From assembly GCA_965261735.1 (NCBI GenBank), contig OZ253470.1, positions 2,880,001-2,944,000 on the forward strand: a stretch of 64,000 nt of DNA, given 5' to 3'. This document shows positions 33,370 to 43,355 of the stretch, in pieces. A model generated the notes under the pieces. The model was not told the origin of the DNA, ran no database searches, and saw nothing but the letters and a program-made list of their open reading frames with translations. The stretch comes from Alphaproteobacteria bacterium (lineage in GTDB: Bacteria > Pseudomonadota > Alphaproteobacteria > SHVV01). Numbering within the stretch: position 1 is the stretch's first letter; each line of letters starts with the position of its first letter. The translations under genes and the position numbers were made by a program.

Positions 33370-34101
33370 ATGGCGGCACCCGGACTGCGAGAGACCGACC
33401 TTTATCGACCCATCAAGCGACTGCTCGAAGAGCAGGGCTACGAAGTAAAGAGCGAGATCGGCGCGGCCGATGTCCTCGCCGTACGCGCTGGCGACGATCC
33501 CGTCGTCGTTGAACTCAAGACCGGCTTTGGGCTGTCGCTGTTCCATCAGGCGATCGACCGGCAGCGATTGACGGACGCTGTCTACATCACCGTCCCGCAC
33601 GGCGCGGGCCAAGCGTTTCAACAAGCGCTGCGCAACAACCTGGGTCTGTGCCGCCGCCTCGGATTGGGGCTGATCACGGTGCGCGCCGACGACGACTTTG
33701 TTCAGATCCATTGCGACCCGGTACCCTATCGCCCGCGCCAGTCAAAAGCCCGGCGCGGGCGCCTGCTGCAGGAGTTCGCCAGACGGGTCGGCGATCCCAA
33801 TTCCGGTGGGTCCACGCGGCGTGGCTTGATGACGGCCTATCGCCAGGATGCGCTGAGATGCGTGCAACTTCTTCACGAACACGGCCCGACAAAGGCGTCG
33901 GAGGTGGCGACGTGGACGGGCGTGGAGAAGGCGCGGCGGCTGATGGCGGATGACCACTATGGCTGGTTCGACCGCGTACGGACGGGCGTCTACGCGCTAA
34001 GCCCGAAGGGCGTCGCGGCGGTCGCTGAATATGCCGAGGCGATCGCGGCGCTCGATAGAACGGCTCTCATGGAATTCCCCCCTGTTGACGGCCGATCCTA
34101 G
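33370..34101 (+). CDS. DUF2161 family putative PD-(D/E)XK nuclease-fold protein
   Basis: RETDLYRPIK..GYEVKSEI..DV..VVELK, LCRRLGLGL, GDPNSGGSTR..MTAYRQDALR, DHYGWFDRVRTGVY. Confidence 0.9.
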   Translation: MAAPGLRETDLYRPIKRLLEEQGYEVKSEIGAADVLAVRAGDDPVVVELKTGFGLSLFHQAIDRQRLTDAVYITVPHGAGQAFQQALRNNLGLCRRLGLGLITVRADDDFVQIHCDPVPYRPRQSKARRGRLLQEFARRVGDPNSGGSTRRGLMTAYRQDALRCVQLLHEHGPTKASEVATWTGVEKARRLMADDHYGWFDRVRTGVYALSPKGVAAVAEYAEAIAALDRTALMEFPPVDGRS

Positions 34102-34187
34102 ACCTTCCCCTGACAATCAGAATTCCGAACCGGTGCTTATACCGACGCGCAGCGGACGCAATGGGGGAGACGCAACGCGCAGGCTAA

Positions 34188-34366
34188 AGGTCTGCTGCTG
34201 GCTATGAGGCGAAGTTCGAACCGGGTCGCCGGTAGGGCCGCTTTACCGTCGAAAGTCGACCTTCGAGCGGCAACGGGCGCTTTTCGCCCGTTCTTCCGCT
34301 TCACACGCTTTGGCGCACCACGTACTGCGATCCGCCGTCGGCCGAGAATCATTGTGGTTCGGACAA
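34188..34366 (+). repeat. Dispersed multi-hairpin repeat, copy R3
   Basis: TGGCTATGAGGCGAAGTTC...GTCGCCGGTA...GAAAGTCGACCTTCGAGCGGCAACG. Confidence 0.8.
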
Positions 34367-34378
34367 CCCGCGCGTTCC

Positions 34379-35828
34379 GATCGTGTCCCGCGGAGTGGTG
34401 TAAGAGCGTTGCGCTCTACGCGGCTCCCGGCGGGTAGGGCCGGGACGTTCAGGCTGCCACGGTGGGCAGCGTGATGGGGACACCATCGCTCAGCGGAGCG
34501 ATGGATTCCAGCGTCATGTATCTCCTTGAGACGGCCCACTCGTCGTTCTGCTCGAGAAGGATGGCGCCGACGAGCCGTGTGATGGCGGCTTCGTTGGGAA
34601 AGATACCGACGACGTTGGTGCGACGCTTGACCTCGGCATGGAGCCGTTCGATCGGGTTTGTGGAGTGCAATTTCTGGCGGTGCTCCCTGGGGAAGCTCAT
34701 GTAGGCGAGGACGTCGTGCTCGGCTTCGTCCATGAGAACTGCCAGCTTGGGCACCTTGGGCCTGAGCTGGTCGGCGACCTGGCGCCACTGGACCTTCGCG
34801 CTGTCGGCGTCCTCCTGGGCGAAGGCGGTGGCGACGAAGGCGGAGACGACGCGCCGGCCCTGGCGGCCGGCATGGGCCAGCAGGTTGCGGGCGAAGTGCA
34901 CGCGGCAGCGCTGCCATGTGGCGCCGAGGATCCGGGTCGCGGCGGCCTTCAGGCCCTTAGTGGTCGTCGGAGATCACCAGCTTCACGCCGCGCAGCCCGC
35001 GCCGGGCCAGCGAGCGCAGGAACTCGGTCCAGAAGGTCTCGGCCTCCGACGCGCCGATCGCCACGCCCAGGACCTCGCGGCGGCCTTGGTCGTTGACGGC
35101 CACAGCCACGGTCACCGCGACCGAGACGATGCGTCCGGTCTGGCGCACCTTCACGTAGGTGGCGTCGAGCCACAGATAGGGCCAGTCGCCCTCCAGCGGT
35201 CGATCGAGGAAGCCGTTGACCTTATCGTCGATCTCGCCGCACAGCCTGGAGACCTGGCTCTTGGAGACGCCCGACATGCCCATGGCCTGCACCAGGTCGT
35301 CGACCGAGCGGGTCGACACGCCCTGGATGTAGGCCTCCTGGATCACCGCAGCCAGCGCCTTCTCGGCCATCCGCCGCGGCTCCAGGAAGCCCGGGAAGTA
35401 GCTCCCCTTCCTCAGCTTCGGGATCTTCAGCTCGACCGTGCCGGCCCGCGTCTCCCAGGACCGGTCGCGGTAGCCGTTGCGGTGGGTGATACGATCCGCC
35501 GAGCGCTCGCCGTGCCCGGTGCCGGTCAGGCCCTCGACCTCCAGTGCCATCAGCCGCTCGGCCGTGAAGCCGATCATCTCGCAAAGCAGATCGGCATCGG
35601 AGCTCTTCTCCAAAAGCGCGCGCAGGGTCATCATGTCCTGGGTCATCGTGGTTCTCCTTCGGGTCAGGTTGGTTTGCACTAGCCCAACCCTAAACCGGAA
35701 CCGCGATGGCCTCCGCTGTGGATAGCCGGCTTGCCTACGCCAGACTCTCGGCGGTCGCTACGGCAAGCCGCCTACCCACAGCTACCAGAGGCTCCAACAA
35801 CTCCTACACCACGTCCTGGGACACGACC
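34379..35828 (-). mobile_element. IS256-family element, copy B (transposase frameshifted near 34959)
   Basis: Same ends as copy A; 1450 bp versus 1434 bp (15 extra nt plus a 1-nt insertion); no TSD. Confidence 0.95.
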
Positions 35829-36438
35829 TCTGGCGCTGTTCGAGTGGCTGGCGGCCGACTATAAGTCGCGCGTCGGCGACTGGGATGGGCTCGAGGCCCT
35901 TCGCCGGGCGTACGCGTACTGTTACGCGCTGCGCGCGCTCGGCCGCGCCAGGCCGGCGCAGGTGAGTTATGTGCGCGACTTCGTCATGGACGAGAACACC
36001 CTTGACTACCTGCCGGCGCTGCTCGGTCCCTGGTGGTGCAATCCCTACTCGTATCCGCGGGCCCTACGAGCGAATCGCGAGGGAGCTCCTTGGAACCGGT
36101 TCCTTCTGGAGAGCGGGTCCGGGGGCGGGGGCCATGGGGTGGTGGTGGCGGAGAACCGCTACACGCTCGTGCTTCAAGCCTGGGTCTCGGGCGACAGACG
36201 CCCCTTCCATGTCGTGGAAATCATCGGCCGGGGGGACTTCAACGGCGACAGCCTGGACGACCTCCTCTTCCGCGTGACCTCGGTGGACTATTCCCCGGAC
36301 ACCAGGGAATCCGAATACTTCCTGGTGTCTCGCCGCCGTGGCGACGAGGTGCTCCGCGTCGCCGAGTTCCTGAGCCCGCAATACGGCGAGCGCCGGCGTT
36401 GCGTAGCGGATCCCGGCGAGCTGTGGGAGCCGCGCTAA
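35829..36438 (+). pseudogene. Hypothetical protein, paralog X1, 5' truncated by IS256-B; contains a GDFNGD (FG-GAP-like) motif
   Basis: LFEWLAA..DWDG..RRAYAYCYALRAL..VSYVRDFVMD..GPWW matches 38246..38749. Confidence 0.75.
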
Positions 36439-36483
36439 GGTTGGCGCAACGCTACCACAAGGCGGGGTCCGCGCGGCCCGCGC

Positions 36484-37464
36484 TCACAACAGGATGGGGC
36501 CCGCATCGAGGGGGAGGGCCGGGTTCGCGCCCCGGCCCCATTGAATGACCGGCTTGAGCTCGACACGTTTCTTGAAGTCGACCCAACAGGGCTCCTGCTT
36601 GGCCGCCTCGAGCAGCCATTCGCGGGTCTTGTCGTTCCTCTCGGCTTGAGCCTGTGTGCGATGTGACAGCGCCGCCGCCCGCTTCCAATTCCTCGTATTG
36701 ACCGCCTTGCCGAATTTCCCCTCTTGATGGTCTTCCGCACCCTTGGCGCCCAGCTGGTAGGCCATGTCGAGGACCGCGAGCTTGGCTTCGTGGGGGTACG
36801 TGTCGAAAGCGCTGAATTCCTTCCGTCTCCTGACCTCTTTGATCTTTATGTCGATATCTATTAGGGCGAGTTCTATGGCCCTGTTCTCTCTGATCTCGGC
36901 CTCGGTTTCGCTGTGGGCTAGCCACGGCTTGTTTACTTCGCCCTGGTGCGTGACTCTCGCGAAATCGTCGCTTAGGACCTTGTCCGAGGCCGGCGCGCCG
37001 CCCACCTTGAGCACGAAGTAGTCGCGTAGGCGATGCGCCTCCCCGACATCGGGGAGCCAATGGCCGAAGCCGACGGTCATCTCGCCGCCCCCGTCGAGGT
37101 GCATGAAGCCGATGTAGTTGCCGCGGTAGTTTTCCACCCCTTTTAGGTGTTCCAGGAGCTCGTTCACGTAGTCCTTGTGTTCGGGCGCGGTCATGTCGCG
37201 GCTGAAGGTCTCCTGGCTGAAGTCGATGAAGGGGTGGCAGGTGTCGGATTTGACGAGGATCTCCTTGTTGCCCGCGGGCGCCACCGCCCAGCGCGCCGCG
37301 CCGAGGCGGAGTAGCTCCTCGGCGAGCACGGCTCGCGGGGTCGCGCGCGCCTTGAGCAGCGCGACCTGCTCGATGCGCTCGCAGAACTGGCGCGCCCAGG
37401 CGGGTCCGCCGAGCTTCGCCGCCTTGCACTCGATGTCCGCGCGGGTGGGATCGCCTGCCGTCAT
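36484..37464 (-). CDS. Lysozyme-like (GH24 / T4-type) protein with an unknown N-terminal domain
   Basis: E...MHLDGGGEMTVGFGH, AVLDMAYQLG, KFGKAVNTRNWKRAA, RN. Confidence 0.7.
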   Translation of the reverse strand: MTAGDPTRADIECKAAKLGGPAWARQFCERIEQVALLKARATPRAVLAEELLRLGAARWAVAPAGNKEILVKSDTCHPFIDFSQETFSRDMTAPEHKDYVNELLEHLKGVENYRGNYIGFMHLDGGGEMTVGFGHWLPDVGEAHRLRDYFVLKVGGAPASDKVLSDDFARVTHQGEVNKPWLAHSETEAEIRENRAIELALIDIDIKIKEVRRRKEFSAFDTYPHEAKLAVLDMAYQLGAKGAEDHQEGKFGKAVNTRNWKRAAALSHRTQAQAERNDKTREWLLEAAKQEPCWVDFKKRVELKPVIQWGRGANPALPLDAGPILL

Positions 37465-37523
37465 GATGCTTCTCCGTCGATGTTGATGCAGATGCGCTGG
37501 TTGTTATTGGCCGGATGCGGTGA

Positions 37524-37620
37524 TCACCCCCTCCCCAACCCTCCCCCATCGAGGGGGGGGGGCTATGGGCGCACCGCATTCTCCCTCCCCCCTTCGTGGG
37601 GGAGGGTTGGGAGGGGGGCG
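37524..37620. repeat. Palindromic CCCCTCCC/GGGAGGG REP/MITE-like element
   Basis: TCACCCCCTCCCCAACCCTCCCCCAT...GGGGGAGGGTTGGGAGGGGG; homolog of 10201-10298. Confidence 0.75.
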
Positions 37621-37651
37621 ACCTGCTGGCGTCAAAAAGCATGCGCCGCCC

Positions 37652-38180
37652 TCAGCGGACGGCGCGGCCGATGGGGCCGTTGCGCAGGATGTCGTCGAGG
37701 ATCGCGGCCTTGGTGCGCGCGATGATGCGATCGCCCGCGGCGCGAGCACGGCGACCGCCGCCGGGCTCGCGCCGCGGAAATCGAAGTTGAAGGTTTGATG
37801 GAAGTGGACGACCGGCCGGGCGGCGGCGGCGGCGCGCACGAACAGCTCGGGCCCCGCCTCGCCCACGAGATAGGGGATGCGCGGCAGCACCGGCCCGCCG
37901 TGCTGCTTGCCGAAGATACCGGTGAGGCCGCCCCTGAGCAGCTCCGAAAGCGGCGCGACGACGCCGACGCGCAGCATGTCGCTCGCGATGTCGTCGAGGA
38001 TGCTGGAGGCGATGTCGCGCAGGCGCTTGAACTCGAACTCGTTCGACCTCACCATGTCGCCGACCACGCGGGCGACGCGCCCCATGCCGCGCTCCATGAT
38101 GGTCGTGACGGCACCCATGGCCTCGGCAACGGGCCCCACCATCACCGCATCGAGCTGGCCGAACGTCCCGTTGATGGCTT
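37652..38180 (-). pseudogene. Phage tail tape-measure protein C-terminal remnant, frameshifted
   Basis: HGGPV..PYLVGEAGPELFV motif, helical upstream part, tail AAILDDILRNGPIGRAVR in a second frame. Confidence 0.7.
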
Positions 38181-38245
38181 TTCGGCCGCTTTTGGCAGCG
38201 ACAGTGCACTTTCTGGTTGCGTGGTTCGGCGCTAACATCTGGCCC

Positions 38246-38749
38246 ATGGCGCGCACTCGAATCATAGCCGCCTTAGCCGGCGCGCTCTGCGCATGCGCCA
38301 GCGTCCTGTCCGCCCCGGCCGGCTCGGCCGAGCGTTATCCGGTGTGGTGGGCGCCGGAGATCGGGATCGAAAGCCTCGACGAGATCGACGCTCTGCTCGC
38401 CAAGCCGTTTCCGCCTGAGCTCCGCCACACGCTATACACGTACGTTTGGCAGGGGAGGCAGATCCCATCAGGGAAGGGGTTTCAACCAAAGGATCCCCAG
38501 CCGATTGACAACTGCCTTACGCTGTTCCAGTGGCTGGCGGCCAAATATGAGACGCACGTCTACGACTGGGACGGGTTCCAAGCTTATCGCCGGGCGTACG
38601 CCTACTGTTACGCGCTGCGCGCCCTCAAGCGGGCGAGGCCGGCTAAAATCAGCTACGTCCGCGACTTCGTCATGGACGCCCACGCCCTCGACTACCCGCC
38701 GGCGCTGGTCGGCCCCTGGTGGCGCCGCAGACGCCAGCGCGCGGCCTAG
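38246..38749 (+). pseudogene. Secreted hypothetical protein, paralog X2, 3' truncated after GPWW
   Basis: Signal peptide MARTRIIAALAGALCACASVLSAPAGSA; about 67-aa region homologous to X1, then an abrupt end. Confidence 0.75.
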
Positions 38750-39978
38750 GGCTTGATGGTGAAGTGGAGGCGGCGGTGGGCCTCGCGCAGGGCGCGCTCG
38801 ACCGCCGCTGGCGCTTCGCCGCTGGCGAAGAGAAAGCCCAAGTAGCGGTCGCCCTCGGGTAGCGGCACCACGGGCTGGCCGACGGGGATGGTGATGCGCA
38901 CGTCCTCGATACCGGGGACACCGCGCGCCTCGATCTCTCCGCCGACCGCACGCAAGGTGCCGGCGCCGGGGATCGGGATCATCATGACACCGGCGGCGCG
39001 ACCCTCGCGGGCGAGCTCCGTGAGCGGCAGCCCGAGCGCGTGGCGCAGGATCAGCTCCTCGAGGCTGATACCGGCGCCGAAGCGCAGCGTGCGCCCGCAC
39101 AAGCCTCCGATCGAGCGCGCCGCCATCTCGAGCACCCACACGCCCTGCTCGTTGACGCGAAACTCGGCGTGGACCGGGCCCTCCGTGAGCCCGAGGGCCG
39201 CTGCCGCCCGGCGCGCCGCTGCGATCACCTCGGCCTGCACCGGCGCAGCCAGGCGCGACGGGGTCACGTAGATCGTCTCCTCGAAGTACGGGCCCTCAAG
39301 CGCATCGGGCTTGTCGAACAGCGCCAGCACCTGCAATTCCCCGGCGACCAGCAACCCTTCGAGCGCGACCTCGACGCCGGGGATGTAGCTCTCGACCAGG
39401 AGATGCGCGACGAGGTCGGGCCGCACGGGCTCTCGCGCGGTCGCGAGCAGCGCATGGATGCGCGCGAAGGCGGCAACGAAGGCGGGCGCGTCGTCGCCAC
39501 GGATGACGCCGCGGCTCGCCGACAGCGCGAGCGGCTTGAGGACGCACGGATAGGGGGTGGCGCGCGCTGCTTCGTGCGCGTCCGCATCGAGCCTGACCAG
39601 CGCGAAGTTTGGGCTCGCCAGGCCGGCGGCTGCGAACGCCTTGCGCATCGCGTACTTGTTGCCCGCAGCCGCGACCGCATCCGGCGCGTTGTGGGCGAGC
39701 CCGAGCGCCCGGGCCGCCTGCGCCGCCAGGAGCGTTGCCGATTCGTCGGCGGCGACGATGGCGGTTAGCGGGTGGGTACGGGCGAAGCCGACGATCTGCT
39801 CCGTGCCCCTGGCCGCGTCGGCGAAGTCGAGCGTCAGCGTGCGCCTCTCACCGAGCGCTTCGGGCGCCTGACGGCGCTCGGCACCGACGGTAACCTCGAT
39901 CCCGATCGCTTGCGCCGCCGCCATGAAGTCGTGGACGCGGTAGGAGGTCGTCGGAACCAGCAACAGCAGTCGGGTCAC
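38746..39978 (-). CDS. ATP-grasp domain protein (L-amino-acid ligase-like)
   Basis: TTSYR..DF, NKYAMR, YPCVLKP..LSASRGVIR, VESYIPG.EVALEG, FDKPD.LEGPYFEETIYVTPS, GPVHAE, EMAARSIGG. Confidence 0.92.
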   Translation of the reverse strand: MTRLLLLVPTTSYRVHDFMAAAQAIGIEVTVGAERRQAPEALGERRTLTLDFADAARGTEQIVGFARTHPLTAIVAADESATLLAAQAARALGLAHNAPDAVAAAGNKYAMRKAFAAAGLASPNFALVRLDADAHEAARATPYPCVLKPLALSASRGVIRGDDAPAFVAAFARIHALLATAREPVRPDLVAHLLVESYIPGVEVALEGLLVAGELQVLALFDKPDALEGPYFEETIYVTPSRLAAPVQAEVIAAARRAAAALGLTEGPVHAEFRVNEQGVWVLEMAARSIGGLCGRTLRFGAGISLEELILRHALGLPLTELAREGRAAGVMMIPIPGAGTLRAVGGEIEARGVPGIEDVRITIPVGQPVVPLPEGDRYLGFLFASGEAPAAVERALREAHRRLHFTIKP

Positions 39979-40012
39979 GACGCTCCGCCCAGCCTAGCCG
40001 CGGGCACCGAGG

Positions 40013-41404
40013 CTACAGGCGCGCGAGCTGTTCGGCGCTCGGCTCCGCACAGCAATACCAGGGCTCGCTCATCTGCGGGGTGTCGCGCGCGGTGCCTGGT
40101 AGCGCCGGCGCGGGGCGACCGCACGCCTCGTGGGCGGCCCGCCAGAGCTCGGCGAAAACCTCGCTGCGCGCGCGGCCCGTGCCCTCTTCGACGATACCCA
40201 TCACGCGGGCCTGCAGGCGATCGATGGCGGGGTCGGGATGGGTCCAGGGGTAGCACAGGGCCGCGTCGTCGAAGGGGCCGAGATGGCGCTGCATCTCGGG
40301 CACGGCCAGCAGCAGCGAGCCGCGCGGCACAAGGAGCCGGATCGCGAGCTGCACCGGCGCGACCTCGGCGATAAGGTCGAGCTCGACGAGCGCCTCGAGG
40401 AGCTCGAGGTAGCCCGCCGCCGTCGTCCATGGCGCGAACGGGATGAAGGTCGGCGACAGCGTCAGGCCGGCGGCGCGAGCGAGCGTCACGGCGCGCACGA
40501 AGTCGGCCCGGGTGTGGCCCTTGTCGAGCAGCGCCAGCACCCGATCATCGATCGACTCGACCGCCGTGGTGACGAACAGGCAGCCGGTGTCGGCCAACGT
40601 GGGCAAGTGGCGTTCCGCGCTCAGCAGATGCTCGATCTTGATCGTGACGTCGTAGGTGAGGTCGGGGAACGCCGCGTGAAACGCGCGCGCCAGAGCGATC
40701 GCGTGGCCCGGACCGTTGAAGAAATCGGGATCGCCGAACGTGATGTGGCGCGCACCGGCCGCGACCTGGCGGCGGATGTCCTCCATGACGACCGTGCGCT
40801 CGACGACGCGGAACTGGCCCTGGTACACCGGGACCACCGGGCAGTGGCGGCACAGGTGCTTGCAGCCGCGGCTCGCCTCGGTGTAGCCGACGACGCGGGT
40901 TGCGCCGCCGATCTCGAGATGGGCGTAGTTCTCGAGCGGCGGCAGCCCGCCGCGCTCGGGCACGCGAAAGCGCTGCTTGGCGAGCACGACATCGGCCTGG
41001 CCGTCCCCGCTTTCGCCGCTCTCACCGCTGGTGGGCGAGCCGGTGAGGCGCTCATAGAGGGCAACGAGGGGGGCCTCGAACTCGCCACCGACGATGGTCT
41101 CGGCCCCGAGGGCGCGCAGGAAACCAGCGTTCATGGGCGCATAGAGCCCGTAGAAGCATAGGTGCGCCGCCGCATTGAGCGCGCGCAGGCGCTGGGCGAG
41201 CAGGCCCGCAAGGCGCGTCGCCGTATGCATCGGGACATAGACCGCGATCAGGCCGGCCGCGCGGACCGCCGCCTCGTCGAGCGCCTCGACCGCGAGATCG
41301 TTCACGCTCACCTGCGCGCCGGCCTCGGCGAGCCACGCCGCCGGCGAGGCGAGCCCGAAGGGCTGGCGCCCAAGCTCGTAAGTTGACAGAAGAACGGCCT
41401 TCAT
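40013..41404 (-). CDS. CUAEP/CCAEP-tail radical SAM protein (Cys form)
   Basis: STYELGRQPFGLASPAAWL, EASRGCKHLCRHCPVVP, HITFGDPDFFNG, C-terminal SEPWYCCAEP (codons TGC TGT). Confidence 0.9.
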   Translation of the reverse strand: MKAVLLSTYELGRQPFGLASPAAWLAEAGAQVSVNDLAVEALDEAAVRAAGLIAVYVPMHTATRLAGLLAQRLRALNAAAHLCFYGLYAPMNAGFLRALGAETIVGGEFEAPLVALYERLTGSPTSGESGESGDGQADVVLAKQRFRVPERGGLPPLENYAHLEIGGATRVVGYTEASRGCKHLCRHCPVVPVYQGQFRVVERTVVMEDIRRQVAAGARHITFGDPDFFNGPGHAIALARAFHAAFPDLTYDVTIKIEHLLSAERHLPTLADTGCLFVTTAVESIDDRVLALLDKGHTRADFVRAVTLARAAGLTLSPTFIPFAPWTTAAGYLELLEALVELDLIAEVAPVQLAIRLLVPRGSLLLAVPEMQRHLGPFDDAALCYPWTHPDPAIDRLQARVMGIVEEGTGRARSEVFAELWRAAHEACGRPAPALPGTARDTPQMSEPWYCCAEPSAEQLARL

Positions 41405-41453
41405 CGCCGTGAAATCCGCGAGCTGCGGCCGCCCGGCCGGCGGGCGGGCGCGC

Positions 41454-42323
41454 CTACAGGGGGCTCGTGCCCTCCTTGCCGGGCTGGAAATAGGGATTGT
41501 TGCCGCCGGCATGGTCCGTCACGTCGAGCACCGCACTGATGGCCGGCACCGCCTCGCGGATTTCCGACTCGACCCCGTGCTTGAGCGTGACGTCGGCCAT
41601 GCCGCAGCCCTGGCAGCCGCCCTCGAGGCGGATGTAGACGGTATCGTCCTGCACGTCGACAAGCGCGATGTGGCCGCCGTGGCCGGCAACGGCCGGATTG
41701 ATGCGCTCGTCGAGCAGCCGCTGCACGGCGATGCCGTCGGGTGTCCCCAGGCCGGGCTTGGGGATGGCGTCGCGGTAATCGCGCACTCGCACCACGTCGG
41801 GCACGTAATGGCGCAGCATGTTCTCGATGCCGGCCTGCAGGTTGTACCCGCCGCCCTCCATCTCGAGATAGACGACGCCGTCCTTGTAGCCGCGGAAGAT
41901 CACGTCACCCTCGCTCTGCTGCGCCGCCGGGCGGATGCGCGTCTCGATCAGGTCCTTGATCTGGGCCACGTCCTCGCCGCTGTCATCGAACACGAGGGCC
42001 CCTTCGGCCTCGGGCGCGGACTCCGCCGCCGCCGCCGAGTCGTGCAGCACCGGGGTGCCGGCCATGAAGTGCTCCATGATAACGCCGAGGATCGCGGGCT
42101 TGAGGAGCTGCCAGTTGGCGTCCGGGGACTTGGACACGGTGATCGCGTCGGCGGCCAGCGTCACGCGCGTCACGGCCTCGATCTCGAACAGGCGGGCGGC
42201 CAGCGGCGAGGCCGCCGCGGCGTCGGCATCGGCGAACGTCCGGGTCCCGGCGGCCAACACCTCGCGGCCGGGCAGGAACTTCAGCACACGGGGATCGGCG
42301 GTCTCTTCGGATTGAATGAACAT
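41454..42323 (-). CDS. Nfu/NifU-family Fe-S carrier: Nfu_N, a degenerate NifU-C and a NifU-C with CQGC
   Basis: MFIQSEETADPRVLKFLPG, SPLAARLF, TRIRPA..GD without CxxC, INPAVAGHGG..GGCQGCG..DVTDH. Confidence 0.88.
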   Translation of the reverse strand: MFIQSEETADPRVLKFLPGREVLAAGTRTFADADAAAASPLAARLFEIEAVTRVTLAADAITVSKSPDANWQLLKPAILGVIMEHFMAGTPVLHDSAAAAESAPEAEGALVFDDSGEDVAQIKDLIETRIRPAAQQSEGDVIFRGYKDGVVYLEMEGGGYNLQAGIENMLRHYVPDVVRVRDYRDAIPKPGLGTPDGIAVQRLLDERINPAVAGHGGHIALVDVQDDTVYIRLEGGCQGCGMADVTLKHGVESEIREAVPAISAVLDVTDHAGGNNPYFQPGKEGTSPL

Positions 42324-42526
42324 GCCGGCGGCTCCTTGGGGAATACAACTGACCCTTGGCGACAAACTTGGGTTGGCGGTGCACGATGTCAACTCGGCGG
42401 GGCAGGCGCCGAGCGCCAGCGCGAGGATAGCACAGGCTCCGGCCTCGGCCCAGCCTCGCTGGGCAAAGGCCACAAATGGCCGCAAAGGCCTTGCCAAGGC
42501 CCCCAAGGCCGGACTAATACGCGCCC

Positions 42527-43345
42527 ATGACCTCCCCCTCGCTGCCCCTGATTGTCGAGGCCGATGCCCTCGAGGCCCATCTCGGTGCGCCCGAGCTCCT
42601 CGTCGTCGATCTCAGCGACGCCGCCGTCCACGCACAGGGCCACGTACCGGGCGCGGTGCGCCTCGACTACGCGACTCTCGTCGCGCAGGCGCCGCCGGCG
42701 ATGGGGCTGGTGCCCGCCGATGCGCGCTTGAGCGAGGCATTGTCGGCCGTCGGCATGACGCCAGCGAGTCACGTCGTCGCCTATGACGACGCCGGCGGTA
42801 CCAAGGCGGGGCGGCTGCTATGGACGCTCGACCTTGTCGGCCACGCGCAGGCCTCGCTGCTCGACGGCGGCCTCCATGCTTGGAGCAATGAGGGCCACGC
42901 GGTCGAGGGCGGCGAGATCGAGCCCCGGCCGAGCGCCTTCCAAGCCGTGTGCGGCAGCGCGGTCATCGCCGACAAGGCTTACGTGCTGGCCCACCTCGGC
43001 GAGCCGGACGTCGTCGTACTCGATACGCGCACGCCAGCCGAGTTCAGCGGCACCGACCGGCGCGCGGCACGCGGCGGCCACATCCCGGGCGCCGTCAACT
43101 TCGATTGGATGCTGGCCGTGGACACGGCGCGCAACATGCGCCTCAAGCCCGAGGCGGACCTCCGCGCCCTGCTCGTGGAGCGCGGCGTCACGCCCGACAG
43201 GGAAATCATCCCCCACTGCCAAACCCACCACCGCTCCTCGCACACCTACGTGGTGCTCAAGGCGCTCGGCTACCCGCGCATCCGCGCCTATGCCGGATCG
43301 TGGTCCGAATGGGGCAACGACCCGGCGCTGCCGGTCGAGGTCTGA
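42527..43345 (+). CDS. rhdA: Tandem-domain rhodanese / sulfurtransferase
   Basis: GHVPGA, LDGG, GGHIPGAVN, active-site loop HCQTHHR as in Azotobacter RhdA, YAGSWSEWG. Confidence 0.88.
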   Translation: MTSPSLPLIVEADALEAHLGAPELLVVDLSDAAVHAQGHVPGAVRLDYATLVAQAPPAMGLVPADARLSEALSAVGMTPASHVVAYDDAGGTKAGRLLWTLDLVGHAQASLLDGGLHAWSNEGHAVEGGEIEPRPSAFQAVCGSAVIADKAYVLAHLGEPDVVVLDTRTPAEFSGTDRRAARGGHIPGAVNFDWMLAVDTARNMRLKPEADLRALLVERGVTPDREIIPHCQTHHRSSHTYVVLKALGYPRIRAYAGSWSEWGNDPALPVEV

Positions 43346-43355
43346 GGCGGTTTCC

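Noticed and set aside
40035-40060. Selenocysteine recoding in the radical SAM tail
   Set aside because: Codons are TGC TGT; there is no in-frame TGA
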